From Candidatus Pacearchaeota archaeon (GTDB lineage Archaea > Nanobdellota > Nanobdellia > Pacearchaeales > GW2011-AR1): a stretch of DNA of 64,000 nucleotides. This document shows positions 43,357 through 53,503 of the stretch, in pieces (position 1 is the stretch's first letter; the number at the start of each line of letters is the position of its first letter). The notes beneath the pieces are model-generated. The model searched no databases and was not told the origin of the DNA. It worked only from the letters and a program-made list of their open reading frames with translations. A program made the translations under genes and the position numbers. The stretch covers positions 410-64,409 of the forward strand of contig JBBDJR010000006.1 in the NCBI GenBank assembly GCA_040879785.1, given 5' to 3'.

Positions 43357-44889
43357 TCAGGAGATTCTTCTATAAGTTTCTATTATTTTATTTGATAAAG
43401 AAGGAAAGTTTCTAAATCCTTCTAAATGTTCTGAAACCATTTTTGTATTGGCCACGATATTTTTATCAGTTAGCCAAACCCTTTGATCTCCGGACTTTAT
43501 TTGTACTTTTCCAACATTTTTAGCATATAAGTGTTCGGCCTCAAAATCTTCCGAATTAACCTGGCCATTTCTTTCTATATTGATTGACGCAGTCTCCTTA
43601 ACTCTAAAACAATCTCCATAAGGAGAACCATTAGGAAGAGTAATATCATCTCTTGCAACACATTCAAGGTTCAGATCCATGCTTCCAGATATTCCTGAAT
43701 CTGGTGAAATAATATTTGATTTGGTTGAATAATTTTTTCCAATCTTCATATGATTATCTCCCAATTCAATTGCCGGGTCAAAGAAAACATCTCCTATAGA
43801 AGGGATATTCAGCCCATACTGTTTCCAAGAATTTCCTGAGACACCAAAGTATTCTTTTCCTCCTGAAACATTCTCAACAACAGCAAGATTTTTACCCTTT
43901 ATTCGTTTAGTGCCTATTGCTTTCAAAGTATCATTTCTTCTGCCATCTGTGTAGGTCCACGAATTCCCTTCATTTATAGGAAGCATATACTTTATATCCT
44001 CCTCAGTTTTTCTTGGTGCTGTCCTCTCATACAACATTAACAACAAATCCTTTGAAAAGTTCGAAGAAGTATAAATAGGATATTTTTTATCTCTGGCAAT
44101 ATACTTCTCTGATTCAGGCCATATTCTATTAACCCCATCCACAACAGACCCTAATAGTTCTCCAATAAATCCTACCTTTGAAAGGATAGCATAAGAAACC
44201 CCTCCATCAGCAGGAGAGGCAATCAAACTCGCATTCTTAGCGATATTGGTTGTCTTTGTTAAATCGTCAATAGACCAACTCCCAAGATAGATAGTTCCCG
44301 GAGTATTAACCACCCTATTAGAATCAAATGTAGGGGAAGGAAGCTCAGACTCAAATTTAGAAACATAAATATCATTCAAAATATAATTTGCCACAGTTAT
44401 GGGAGAAACTCTTACAAACTGTGAATCGCTTACGCTACTTCTTTCATTCGACTTAGATAGCGAACGAGGAATGTGTAAATGAGGCATATATCTTCTTTGA
44501 GGATCAGAGATGGATAAAAACCCCTTATCATTTATATCTTCAATAAACAATCTGGCTTCCAATCCTTCTACTGGATCTACAGGACCTTTTTCAAGAAAAA
44601 AACTGTAAATTCTATTATCTTTCCTTCTTGAGAACTCAACCCTGCCATGAGAATTAGAAGTATCTGTTTTTCTATAGAAATCTCTACTGAAATAAGGATT
44701 ATCGCTATCAGGATTCCAATCATCATAAGAAACCCCTCCGTTCCCGGAACCGTTTCCTCCATTTCCAGAACCAGGACCGACTATTCCACTTCCGCCGCCA
44801 TTTCCATCACAGCCAGAAATATAAAAACCGGACGCAATACCTCCTGAAACAAGAGTAGCCTTCCTTAGGAAATCCTTCCTATCCATCAA
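43357..44889 (-). CDS. Secreted hypothetical protein with lipobox-like signal
   Basis: MMDRKDFLRKATLVSGGIASGFYISGC, then a Gly/Asn-rich linker. Confidence 0.7.
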   Translation of the reverse strand: MMDRKDFLRKATLVSGGIASGFYISGCDGNGGGSGIVGPGSGNGGNGSGNGGVSYDDWNPDSDNPYFSRDFYRKTDTSNSHGRVEFSRRKDNRIYSFFLEKGPVDPVEGLEARLFIEDINDKGFLSISDPQRRYMPHLHIPRSLSKSNERSSVSDSQFVRVSPITVANYILNDIYVSKFESELPSPTFDSNRVVNTPGTIYLGSWSIDDLTKTTNIAKNASLIASPADGGVSYAILSKVGFIGELLGSVVDGVNRIWPESEKYIARDKKYPIYTSSNFSKDLLLMLYERTAPRKTEEDIKYMLPINEGNSWTYTDGRRNDTLKAIGTKRIKGKNLAVVENVSGGKEYFGVSGNSWKQYGLNIPSIGDVFFDPAIELGDNHMKIGKNYSTKSNIISPDSGISGSMDLNLECVARDDITLPNGSPYGDCFRVKETASINIERNGQVNSEDFEAEHLYAKNVGKVQIKSGDQRVWLTDKNIVANTKMVSEHLEGFRNFPSLSNKIIETYRRIS

Positions 44890-45081
44890 AGCAACAAGAA
44901 AACCAGCTTTTAAAACATTTTTATTTCAGAGAATTTGTAAAATATAAGTTTCGACCTCATTTCCTAAACAAGAACAAATGCGGATTTTATTGATAAAGGT
45001 TCTCTGATTAATAAGTTGGGCAGAAATTATCAAAAACCTATTAAATGTTTATTAAAATAAAGATTATTAAAATAAAAACAA

Positions 45082-45459
45082 TTATTCTGAGATTCTTTCT
45101 CTGATATCCTCAAAAGTTTCATCAGAAGAAAAAGGTCCGTGATCAAATATGACACCACTCATTGCTTGTATGAAATAAGAATCTCCGCAATCAATAACAC
45201 GAATCTCAACATTTCCTCCTCCAAAAGGAATAGAGGGATCTTCATTTTCGGACGAGACAGTTATCATTTTCTCTTCCTCACCCTCACAACTCAAGGGATC
45301 ATTACTTGCAAATTCTCTATAAATATCATCTCTCAATGCAGGATATTCTTCAACCAAATTCAAACTCTCGGTATTTTCTTTATTATCCAAAACAAAAGCA
45401 AGCACCAAAACAAGAGCAACTATTAGAACTATAACAAGCCCTGTAACACTTTTCTTCAT
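45082..45459 (-). CDS. Small membrane-anchored protein
   Basis: N-terminal TM helix GLVIVLIVALVLVLAFVL. Confidence 0.6.
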   Translation of the reverse strand: MKKSVTGLVIVLIVALVLVLAFVLDNKENTESLNLVEEYPALRDDIYREFASNDPLSCEGEEEKMITVSSENEDPSIPFGGGNVEIRVIDCGDSYFIQAMSGVIFDHGPFSSDETFEDIRERISE

Positions 45460-45505
45460 ACTAACCTAAGAAAATATATGTTTAAAAAACTTTTGACACA
45501 CTAAT

Positions 45506-45513
45506 TTTATAAA
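45506..45513 (+). promoter_or_regulatory. TATA box TTTATAAA, 29 nt before ATG 45535
   Basis: Consensus box at fixed spacing. Confidence 0.6.
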
Positions 45514-45534
45514 CATCTTCCTCCACTAATTACC

Positions 45535-46854
45535 ATGGCCTACGAAATCATAGTCGGAAGAAACGCTGATGATAAAAAATCATTCTTAGACAGAGGCCTT
45601 ATTTTTGTCGGAAAGAGTTATGTAAAAATGGGGCAGTACACTTCTCTAAGCAACAAACTTCTGATGGATGTCGCAAGAAGCCATGTTGTTCTTGTAGCAG
45701 GGAAACGTGGAAGCGGAAAATCGTACACATTAGGGGTCCTCGCGGAAGAGCTTTCAAATCTTCCAAAAGAAGTAAGTCAAAACATCGGCTCGTTAATTTT
45801 TGACACAATGGGAATTTACTGGACGATGAAATTCCAAAACGAAAAAGACAAAGAACTCTTAGAAGAATGGGGATTAAAACCAAAAAACCTCCCTGTAAAA
45901 ATCTTCGTTCCCTTCGGTCACTACGATAAGTACGTTGAAAAAGGAATCCCTGTCGACGAATCTTTCGCCCTTGACGTCTCGGAGTTGGACCCTGAAGACT
46001 GGGTCCTAACATTCGGATTAGACATAGTTAATCCGGTATCTGTCCTAATCCAAAGAACACTCACAAAACTAAAAGAAAAAGGAAGTTTTGACATAGAAGA
46101 AATAATCCAAACCCTTGAAAGTGAAGAAAAAGTTCCCCAAGAAACACGAAACGCAGCGATAGGACTTTTTGAAGTTGCTAATACATGGGGAATTTTCGCA
46201 AAAAAAGATGAAGAAGCCACAAAGGTAAGAGACCTAATCTCCGGCGGAACAACCACAGTTCTTGACCTTAGCGTTTACAATGCCGTCGGAGCTTTTAATG
46301 TAAGAGCACTAGCAATAAGTCTTCTATCAAGGAAAATATTTAAGCAAAGGATGGACGCAAGAAAAAAAGAGGAAACCGACTCTATTTCAAAAGGTCTTGA
46401 CTTAGTTACAGGCGCAGAAAAAAAAGAATATCCTCTGACTTGGATTTTTATAGACGAGGCACACGAGTTTCTTCCTTTAAACGAAAAAACGGTTGCAACC
46501 GATGCCTTAATACAACTTCTTAGAGAAGGAAGACAACCCGGGATTTCTCTCGTCCTTGCAACTCAACAACCAGGACAAATCCACAGAGACGTAATGACTC
46601 AGTCCGACATGGTGATAAGCCACAGAGTTACATCAAAACCAGACCTCGAAGCACTAAACTACATAATGCAATCTTACGTTCTTGAAAGCATAAAAAAACA
46701 AATGGACGACCTCCCTTCACTAAAAGGTTCAACCATAATTTTAGATGACAATTCCGAAAGAATCTACCCTGCAAGAATCCGTCCGAGATTCACATGGCAC
46801 GGTGGAGAAGCTCCAACATCGATAAAGAAGGAGAAAAAATTGAGGGAGATTTAG
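45535..46854 (+). CDS. HerA/DUF87-type P-loop ATPase
   Basis: VLVAGKRGSGKSYTLG (Walker A) and WIFIDEAHEFLP (Walker B). Confidence 0.75.
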   Translation: MAYEIIVGRNADDKKSFLDRGLIFVGKSYVKMGQYTSLSNKLLMDVARSHVVLVAGKRGSGKSYTLGVLAEELSNLPKEVSQNIGSLIFDTMGIYWTMKFQNEKDKELLEEWGLKPKNLPVKIFVPFGHYDKYVEKGIPVDESFALDVSELDPEDWVLTFGLDIVNPVSVLIQRTLTKLKEKGSFDIEEIIQTLESEEKVPQETRNAAIGLFEVANTWGIFAKKDEEATKVRDLISGGTTTVLDLSVYNAVGAFNVRALAISLLSRKIFKQRMDARKKEETDSISKGLDLVTGAEKKEYPLTWIFIDEAHEFLPLNEKTVATDALIQLLREGRQPGISLVLATQQPGQIHRDVMTQSDMVISHRVTSKPDLEALNYIMQSYVLESIKKQMDDLPSLKGSTIILDDNSERIYPARIRPRFTWHGGEAPTSIKKEKKLREI

Positions 46855-46876
46855 AAGATTGAATCTAAGTTCTAAA

Positions 46877-47713
46877 CTACAAAACCCTAAAATCAACCCT
46901 AACCCTAAATCTATAAGGAGCAATCTCGCCGGCTTTTTTCACGTTCAAAATCTTAATTTTTTTATTAGCCTTCTTAGCCTCTAAATTAACCTTCTCAACA
47001 ACACTATCAATCTCTTCCCCTTTACAAAAATCGTAATAAAAGATTCTCGTTCCTTTCTTCCCGCCTTTAGAAAGCGCAAAGGCCTGCTCCAAAAAACTAT
47101 CCTTAAGCTGCGGACGAGGCATAACAATCATATCAAACTTCTTCCCTTCATCTTCAAGTTTTCGGGCAACGCGCTTCACATCCCCTGGCAACAGAACAAT
47201 CTTTTCCTTAACTTTATTTAACTCAACATTAAGCTCTGCATACTTTTTAGCTTCCCTATTTATCTCATTTGAATAAACTCTGCCTGCCTTTGAATTTTTT
47301 GCGATAACAATTGGATACGGGCCGACGCCAGCAAACATAACAAGAACCTCGTCCCATTTCTTAACACTGTCGGCAATTTCTTTTCTTTCATTGCTCAGCC
47401 GAGGAGAAAAATAAGTTTTATCAATATCAAATCTAAACACACATCCATTCTCCCTATAAATAACTTCCTTGGTCTTCTCGCCTGCAAGCCATTTCGTTTC
47501 CTGCTTCCTCAAACGTCCTTTAAACTTCTGGGTCTTTTCCAAAACCGTAGTAAGAGACTTGTGTCTTTTAAGAAGCCTCTCCGCAAATTCCTTTTTGTTT
47601 TTAGACTTCAGCGAAGAATCACTCGGAAACTTCACAAGGGCAATATTCCCAAAAATATCAAACCCTCCCGGATATTTTGATTTTATCATTTTAAAATTTG
47701 AATAATCTTTCAT
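46877..47713 (-). CDS. trm5: tRNA (guanine37-N1)-methyltransferase Trm5 / Met-10+ family
   Basis: FDIFGNIALVKF, YFSPRLSNER and VLVMFAGVGPY (SAM-binding). Confidence 0.8.
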   Translation of the reverse strand: MKDYSNFKMIKSKYPGGFDIFGNIALVKFPSDSSLKSKNKKEFAERLLKRHKSLTTVLEKTQKFKGRLRKQETKWLAGEKTKEVIYRENGCVFRFDIDKTYFSPRLSNERKEIADSVKKWDEVLVMFAGVGPYPIVIAKNSKAGRVYSNEINREAKKYAELNVELNKVKEKIVLLPGDVKRVARKLEDEGKKFDMIVMPRPQLKDSFLEQAFALSKGGKKGTRIFYYDFCKGEEIDSVVEKVNLEAKKANKKIKILNVKKAGEIAPYRFRVRVDFRVL

Positions 47714-48014
47714 AATCTTTATGGTTCATCCAGTCAAGAATAACACTAACTATTTTAATTTTATCTGGTGAGGAAACAGAGTACAATAATCTCCACCCAC
47801 TTTTTAAGTTATATATCCAAAGGTTATCTATTTCATAATCTCTTGAAAATTTCTTGGGAATTAATTTTTTCTTCACGTTTCGGCCGCAAAAAACATTTTT
47901 TCTTATTTCATCTGTGGCTTTATCAATCTGGTCATATAAATCTTCATCTGTATCTTTAAGGGTTTCAAAAGATTGTTTCAAACTCTTATCATTAAAAAAA
48001 ACTATGCCTTCCAT
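47691..48014 (-). CDS. RelE/ParE-superfamily toxin-like protein
   Basis: LIPKKFSRDYEIDNLWIYNLKSGWRLLYSV...ILDWMNHKDYERLF pattern. Overlaps its upstream partner by 13 nt. Confidence 0.55.
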   Translation of the reverse strand: MEGIVFFNDKSLKQSFETLKDTDEDLYDQIDKATDEIRKNVFCGRNVKKKLIPKKFSRDYEIDNLWIYNLKSGWRLLYSVSSPDKIKIVSVILDWMNHKDYERLFKF

Positions 48015-48307
48015 ATAAGATCCCCTCTTCCTTCAAATCTCTTTGCAAGACCAGGATTCCATATATACACAACATACCCTTCACTATCATAAGCTATTTT
48101 ATGTATGCCTTCCAAATATTCCATTATAACTTGAAATGTTTGCCACATTACTTTTTTTGGAAGTTTATGGAAAAGTTCTGTTTTTTTATATTCACCACTT
48201 TTTTCATCAATAAAGTTCTCTACCATCAAAACTGTCTGAAGGGTAGGAGACCTCACTAGATTGTTAATGCCTTTGCTTCTTTTACTTTGTTTAATCTCTG
48301 TTGCCAT
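48002..48307 (-). CDS. Putative antitoxin / winged-helix-like partner
   Basis: 101-aa ORF overlapping the toxin-like ORF start. Confidence 0.5.
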   Translation of the reverse strand: MATEIKQSKRSKGINNLVRSPTLQTVLMVENFIDEKSGEYKKTELFHKLPKKVMWQTFQVIMEYLEGIHKIAYDSEGYVVYIWNPGLAKRFEGRGDLIWKA

Positions 48308-48404
48308 CTTATGATATCAATCAATTATATAATCAATTGATACTATTTAAATTTTCCTATCTGAATTAAACATCCCTCTAACCACTCGATATTAATAGTC
48401 AATA

Positions 48405-48412
48405 TTTATAAA
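48405..48412 (+). promoter_or_regulatory. TATA box TTTATAAA, 29 nt before ATG 48434
   Basis: Consensus box at fixed spacing. Confidence 0.6.
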
Positions 48413-48433
48413 TATTAAATTCCTGACAAAAGA

Positions 48434-49393
48434 ATGATGAAATTGAAAAGAGGCGCATTAATTCCACTAATATTTCTTTCAGCAATAAGTTTCGTAAGCG
48501 CCCAGTTTTACAGAGGCTACGGAAGATTTTCCATCAGTAATTTCTTTGCTACAATCGATCCTCAGACAGTAACTATAATAACATTTTTCTTTATTTTCTT
48601 CGCGCTTCTTTTCTATGCACTTACAAAAGTTTTTAAGACGCCTACCGGAGAGCCAAACAAAGGGATTGCAGGAATTATCTCGCTTGCAGTTTCGTTTCTC
48701 ATGGTTTATGGAATATATCGTCAAGGATTCGATTTAAGCAGCTGGTTTTTCAGAATCGGAATTCCCACAGATTTCTTCTATGAAATAATGCCTTTCCTTC
48801 TACTGGCTTTCGCAATTATATTAATATGGAAAACAGGCATCGGAGTATTCTTAATGGTTTTCGGAGCAATAATATTTTCAATCGCAGTATTCACGGACAT
48901 CATCTATGAGAAAGGAATTGCCCTCGTGATAGGAGCTATTTTACTCTTTGCAGGATTGTTCATAAGAAGCAGACGCGCGAGAAGCTATGCATCAACCGCT
49001 GGAGGCTGGGGTGGTAAAAAAGTCCTCGGAGGAGGAAGATGGGCGGCTCAAAAAGTTAATCCCAGGCTCCAATCTAGATTAAGTAGAAAGGAGAGAAAAA
49101 TTCAGAGAAAAGAAGAGAAAAAACAAATGAGAGAAAGATTGAGTGAATTAGCCTCTGGAGGGAGAGGTCAGAGAAAACAAAAAAGGGAAGAAATAGGACA
49201 AAGAGCCAAAGATGTAACTTATGAGATTAGAAACATAGATAAGTACATTGAAAATATTCAAAATGAGAAAAATAATGCAAGAACTAATGACCAATTTTCA
49301 ATATTACAGCAAGAAGAATTGCGATTAAGACAGGAGAGAAAGGAACTTATAAAAGAACTAAGAAGATTAAGAAGAGATCATAGTAGAGCTTAA
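48434..49393 (+). CDS. Multi-pass membrane protein with basic coiled-coil C-terminus
   Basis: Five to six hydrophobic helices, then an R/K/E-rich tail. Confidence 0.7.
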   Translation: MMKLKRGALIPLIFLSAISFVSAQFYRGYGRFSISNFFATIDPQTVTIITFFFIFFALLFYALTKVFKTPTGEPNKGIAGIISLAVSFLMVYGIYRQGFDLSSWFFRIGIPTDFFYEIMPFLLLAFAIILIWKTGIGVFLMVFGAIIFSIAVFTDIIYEKGIALVIGAILLFAGLFIRSRRARSYASTAGGWGGKKVLGGGRWAAQKVNPRLQSRLSRKERKIQRKEEKKQMRERLSELASGGRGQRKQKREEIGQRAKDVTYEIRNIDKYIENIQNEKNNARTNDQFSILQQEELRLRQERKELIKELRRLRRDHSRA

Positions 49394-49460
49394 TTAATAT
49401 TATAAAATTACAACAAAACAGAAAGATTTATAAATAACTTTCAGAAACAACTAAAACCAA

Positions 49461-50504
49461 CTACCCAAACCACCCTCTCAAATCCTTCTGCTTTTTCTTT
49501 TTCTCCATTTCACGCAGCTTATCCAACTGCTTTTCAACTCTGTCCTCTGAGAAGTCATGCTTTTCAACTAAAATCTCCTTAACCTTATCTTCATCCATTT
49601 TTGGAAACTCCATTTCAAAATTTTTAACGTTCGGCTTATGAAACAACTCAAAAACCTCTCTCCAGTCAAACCTGTCCGCCTCGGGAAGAGAACTAATCCT
49701 CTCCTCAACACTCTTAAAAATCAAAACCGGCTGTTTGTATTTCCTTACAATGTCCAGCGCCTTTTTCTGTCCAATTCCGGAAACTCCTTTAGGATTATAA
49801 TCCGTCCCGACAAGAATCCCAAGACAAATCAACTGGTCAAGATTTATCTCCAAATAATTCAAAACTTTATGAAGATCAATCATTTCAGGATTTATCTCAA
49901 CCCATCCAGAGTAAGTTTTCCTTCTTCTTGCAAGACCAAGATTCCTTATCAACACGGGAGCTCCAAAAAGAAGGCTGTCATAATCTTGGCTCACCGTCGC
50001 ATAAATATCTCTGTTAATCTTGTTTAAGTAAGCCGCCTCGGCCTCCCCTTCGCCCGGAGCCTGGACAACAGAAACTCCCATCGCCTCAAGCAACTCCTTA
50101 CTCTCACGAATCATCTCATCATCAAGTCTTATCATCTGGGAACTATAACGCTTCATGCCTTCAACATCTTCCTTTCCTTTAGCCTCATCATACTTTTCCT
50201 TAGAAATTTCCCGCCCTTCTTTTCTTATATAATGCGTCTTTCCTTTCAAACCCGGCGCCTCGCCATCAAAAACATAAATCAATTTAATTCCTTCAGACAA
50301 AAGGTTAACATTCCTGTAAAAAATTCCTGACAAGTGAGAAGTCACACGCTTTTTATTATTCATAAGCGGAGTCCCGTCCTGCTGTCTTATCGTAGAAAGA
50401 AACTGATAAAGCATATTATAGGCATCTACACAAACAGTCTCGCCTTTCAGGTCAGAAATCTCCAAATCCTTCTTAGGAATAATCTCCCTTATGTTCAATC
50501 CCAT
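49461..50504 (-). CDS. fen: Flap endonuclease 1
   Basis: MGLNIREII...VCVDAYNMLYQFLS; XPG-N/XPG-I pattern GEGEAEAA; C-terminal PIP-like LRGWFG. Confidence 0.95.
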   Translation of the reverse strand: MGLNIREIIPKKDLEISDLKGETVCVDAYNMLYQFLSTIRQQDGTPLMNNKKRVTSHLSGIFYRNVNLLSEGIKLIYVFDGEAPGLKGKTHYIRKEGREISKEKYDEAKGKEDVEGMKRYSSQMIRLDDEMIRESKELLEAMGVSVVQAPGEGEAEAAYLNKINRDIYATVSQDYDSLLFGAPVLIRNLGLARRRKTYSGWVEINPEMIDLHKVLNYLEINLDQLICLGILVGTDYNPKGVSGIGQKKALDIVRKYKQPVLIFKSVEERISSLPEADRFDWREVFELFHKPNVKNFEMEFPKMDEDKVKEILVEKHDFSEDRVEKQLDKLREMEKKKKQKDLRGWFG

Positions 50505-50541
50505 CTAAAAACACCGTAAAAGAAATATAAATATTTATCCA

Positions 50542-50925
50542 TTACAGAACATTGATATTCTTAAGACTTTTGATAAATTGATTCCATAAATAATATCTAT
50601 CTTTATTCTTTATGTCCCCTACTCCAGGATCATAACCACTCTTTTCTAATCTTGAAAATTCTCCTCTCAAAAGATTCAGATTATATTTAGAAGATTGAAT
50701 TTCCTTAGGAGTATACTTTCTAAGACCAAGGTATCTCTCTTTTACTTCTCCTTTTTTATCCACAATCTCGCTAGAATCAATATCTTCTTTTTTTGGACTT
50801 TTCTCATCAACAACAGACTCTTCTAAACCCGAAACAGGCAAAGAATACCCTACATCTTCTGCAGCCTCTCTTGAAGGAAAGTTATTATCGCCAACAATAA
50901 CAAGCCCATTACTTAGCTCTTTCAT
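50542..50925 (-). CDS. Hypothetical protein
   Basis: 127-aa ORF. Confidence 0.55.
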   Translation of the reverse strand: MKELSNGLVIVGDNNFPSREAAEDVGYSLPVSGLEESVVDEKSPKKEDIDSSEIVDKKGEVKERYLGLRKYTPKEIQSSKYNLNLLRGEFSRLEKSGYDPGVGDIKNKDRYYLWNQFIKSLKNINVL

Positions 50926-51025
50926 AATGTAACTACTATTAAAGAGTATATAAATATTACGGTCACGCCTATAAAGAAAGTTTTCTCTTCATTAAACTTA
51001 AATAACTCTTATTCTTTTTAACAAA

Positions 51026-53491
51026 ATGATTAAGACGAGTTTTATTCCAGTAGAATACGATTACTTTGATTTCAACGGAAAGAATTACATAAAAATAATT
51101 GGAAGAGACAATGAAGGAAAAAGAACCTGCATCCTCGACTCGTGCGACATCTATTTATGGGCAATTCTTAAAGAAGACACAAAAAAAGAAAGGATAAACC
51201 CGCTCGTAAAAAAAATTGAAAAAATAAAATTAGATATTAAAGGGAGAAAAACGAAAGTAGAAAAAGTTGAAGTCCATGATAAAAATTTTCTCGGGAAAAA
51301 AGTCAAATCACTAAAAATCTACGCTACAAATTACAAGGACCTCCATGACATCGCGAACGAACTGGACTTTCCTGAAATAGAGAAAAGAAGAGGCTACGAC
51401 CTTGGTTTCATAACACATTACATAATTGAAAAAAAGATAATCCCTTTCAATTGGTATGAAATTGAGGGGGAAATTGCCGGAGGAGAATTTCAGGGAATAG
51501 AAAATCTTGACGTCGAAAAATGCATTGTCCTGCATTCAGCCAAAAAAACAGATGATAAAAAATTCAATCCAAAAGTGCTCGCATATGATATTGAAACGGA
51601 CGACATAAAAATAGGAGAGGGAGAAATTGTCATGCTTTCGCTTGTTTCAAAAAGTTTCAAAAAAGTTTTAACCTGGAAAAAAACCTCTGGAAAAAAGCCA
51701 GACTATGTTGAATATGTAAAAGACGAAGCAGAGCTTATTGAGAAATTTGTGGAAAACGTAAGAGAATTCTCTCCTGATTTTTTAATAGGATATTTCTCCG
51801 ATGGGTTTGACCTTCCGTATTTAAGAGCCAGAGCAAACAAACTTAATGTTCGGCTCAGCCTCGGTCTTGACGACAGCCAGCCAAAAATGTTAAGAGGGGG
51901 AAAAGGAATAAATTTCACAGGAAAAATTTCAGGAATTGTACATATCGACTTAATAAGATTCATCCAGACCGCCTACTCACAATACATGCAATCAGAAACA
52001 CTCTCACTAAACGAGGTCTCAAAAGAATTCCTCGGAGATACAAAAAAAGAATTCAAACCCAAAAGCTCTGAAAAAATCAAAGACCACAACTGGAAAGAAT
52101 ATTATGAATACAATCTCCACGACTCTGTTTTAGTTCTCGGTCTTTTTGAAAAAATGTGGCCCGACATCCTTGAGTTCACAAGAATAATGCAAGAGCCTGT
52201 TTTTGATGTAACAAGAAACGGAATGTCCTCAAATGTAGAAGACTACATAATTCATAACCTCGAAAGATTCAACGAAATTCCCGAAAAGAGACCGACACAC
52301 GACGAAATTGGAAAGAGAAGAAGTTCAGGAAAATACGAAGGTGCATTTGTGTTTGAGCCAAAGCCGGGCATGTATGAAAATATCTCAATTTTTGACTTCA
52401 CGAGCAGCTACGGAACAACAATAGTAACTTACAACCTTTCAAAGTCAACATTCCTTGAAAAAAAGCTGTCAAATACTCCCACATATAGTATAGATATACA
52501 AGATAAAAAAGTCTACTTCACAAAAAAGCCAGGGTTTTTCCCTGAAATGTTAAGAGAGATAATAGAAAAAAGGAAGAAATATAAACAAGAGCTTAAGAAA
52601 GAACCAGATGTAATTAAAAAAGCTAGAAGCAACGCATTTAAACTTTTGGCAAACGCGTCATACGGATACCAGGGATTCTTCGGAGCAAGATATTATCAAA
52701 GAGAAGCTGCGGCGGCGACAGCCGCCTTCGCAAAAAAACTCATAAAAGAAGCCATAGAAAATATAAACAAATCCGGATATGAGGTAATTTATTCCGACAC
52801 AGACTCCATCGCCTTCCAAATGAAAGAAAAAACAGAAAAACAAACACTCGAATTTCTAAACAAACTTAATTCAAAACTCCCAGGAATTATGGAGCTCGAG
52901 CTTGAAGGATTTTTCAAAAGAGGAATCTGGGTAACAAAAAGAACAGGGACCATCGGAGCAAAAAAGAAATACGCATTAATCTCAAAAGACAACAAGCTAA
53001 AGATACGCGGTTTTGAAACAGTCAGAAGAGACTGGTGTGCCTTAGCAAGAAAAGTTCAAAACGAAGTAATAAAGAAAGTTCTTGAAGATGGAAACGAAAA
53101 AAGAGCTATGGAATATGTAAAAAAGATCATAAAAAAAATAAAACAAAGGGAAGTCAACAGAGAAGATCTAATAATAAAAACCATGCTAAAAAAACCTCTT
53201 TCAGAATATAAGGCAATATCTCCTCACGTAATAGCAGCAAGGAAAATGAAAGAAAAAGAAATCCCTGCATCAAACGGAAATCTCATAGAATACTATATTT
53301 CTGAAACAGACAACAAAAAAGCTCTTGTAAGAGAGAGGGTAAAACTTCCGGAAGAGCCCGGCAACTACGACATAAAATATTATCTTGAAAGGCAGATTCT
53401 TCCCGCAGTAGAAAACATCTTCCAATTATTTAATATAAACACTCAAGAACACATTGAAGGGAAAAAGCAGACGAAGCTCGGGGATTTTTGA
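51026..53491 (+). CDS. polB: Family B DNA polymerase
   Basis: YDIETD (Exo I), FDFTSSYGT (motif A), KLLANASYGYQGF (motif B), YSDTDS (motif C). No intein-sized insert. Confidence 0.95.
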   Translation: MIKTSFIPVEYDYFDFNGKNYIKIIGRDNEGKRTCILDSCDIYLWAILKEDTKKERINPLVKKIEKIKLDIKGRKTKVEKVEVHDKNFLGKKVKSLKIYATNYKDLHDIANELDFPEIEKRRGYDLGFITHYIIEKKIIPFNWYEIEGEIAGGEFQGIENLDVEKCIVLHSAKKTDDKKFNPKVLAYDIETDDIKIGEGEIVMLSLVSKSFKKVLTWKKTSGKKPDYVEYVKDEAELIEKFVENVREFSPDFLIGYFSDGFDLPYLRARANKLNVRLSLGLDDSQPKMLRGGKGINFTGKISGIVHIDLIRFIQTAYSQYMQSETLSLNEVSKEFLGDTKKEFKPKSSEKIKDHNWKEYYEYNLHDSVLVLGLFEKMWPDILEFTRIMQEPVFDVTRNGMSSNVEDYIIHNLERFNEIPEKRPTHDEIGKRRSSGKYEGAFVFEPKPGMYENISIFDFTSSYGTTIVTYNLSKSTFLEKKLSNTPTYSIDIQDKKVYFTKKPGFFPEMLREIIEKRKKYKQELKKEPDVIKKARSNAFKLLANASYGYQGFFGARYYQREAAAATAAFAKKLIKEAIENINKSGYEVIYSDTDSIAFQMKEKTEKQTLEFLNKLNSKLPGIMELELEGFFKRGIWVTKRTGTIGAKKKYALISKDNKLKIRGFETVRRDWCALARKVQNEVIKKVLEDGNEKRAMEYVKKIIKKIKQREVNREDLIIKTMLKKPLSEYKAISPHVIAARKMKEKEIPASNGNLIEYYISETDNKKALVRERVKLPEEPGNYDIKYYLERQILPAVENIFQLFNINTQEHIEGKKQTKLGDF

Positions 53492-53503
53492 CTATTAAAT
53501 AAA

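Noticed and set aside
51026-53491. Inteins in PolB (also checked in RFC and CDC48)
   Set aside because: Protein lengths and contiguous catalytic motifs leave no room for an intein. No Cys/Ser...HN junction blocks were seen.
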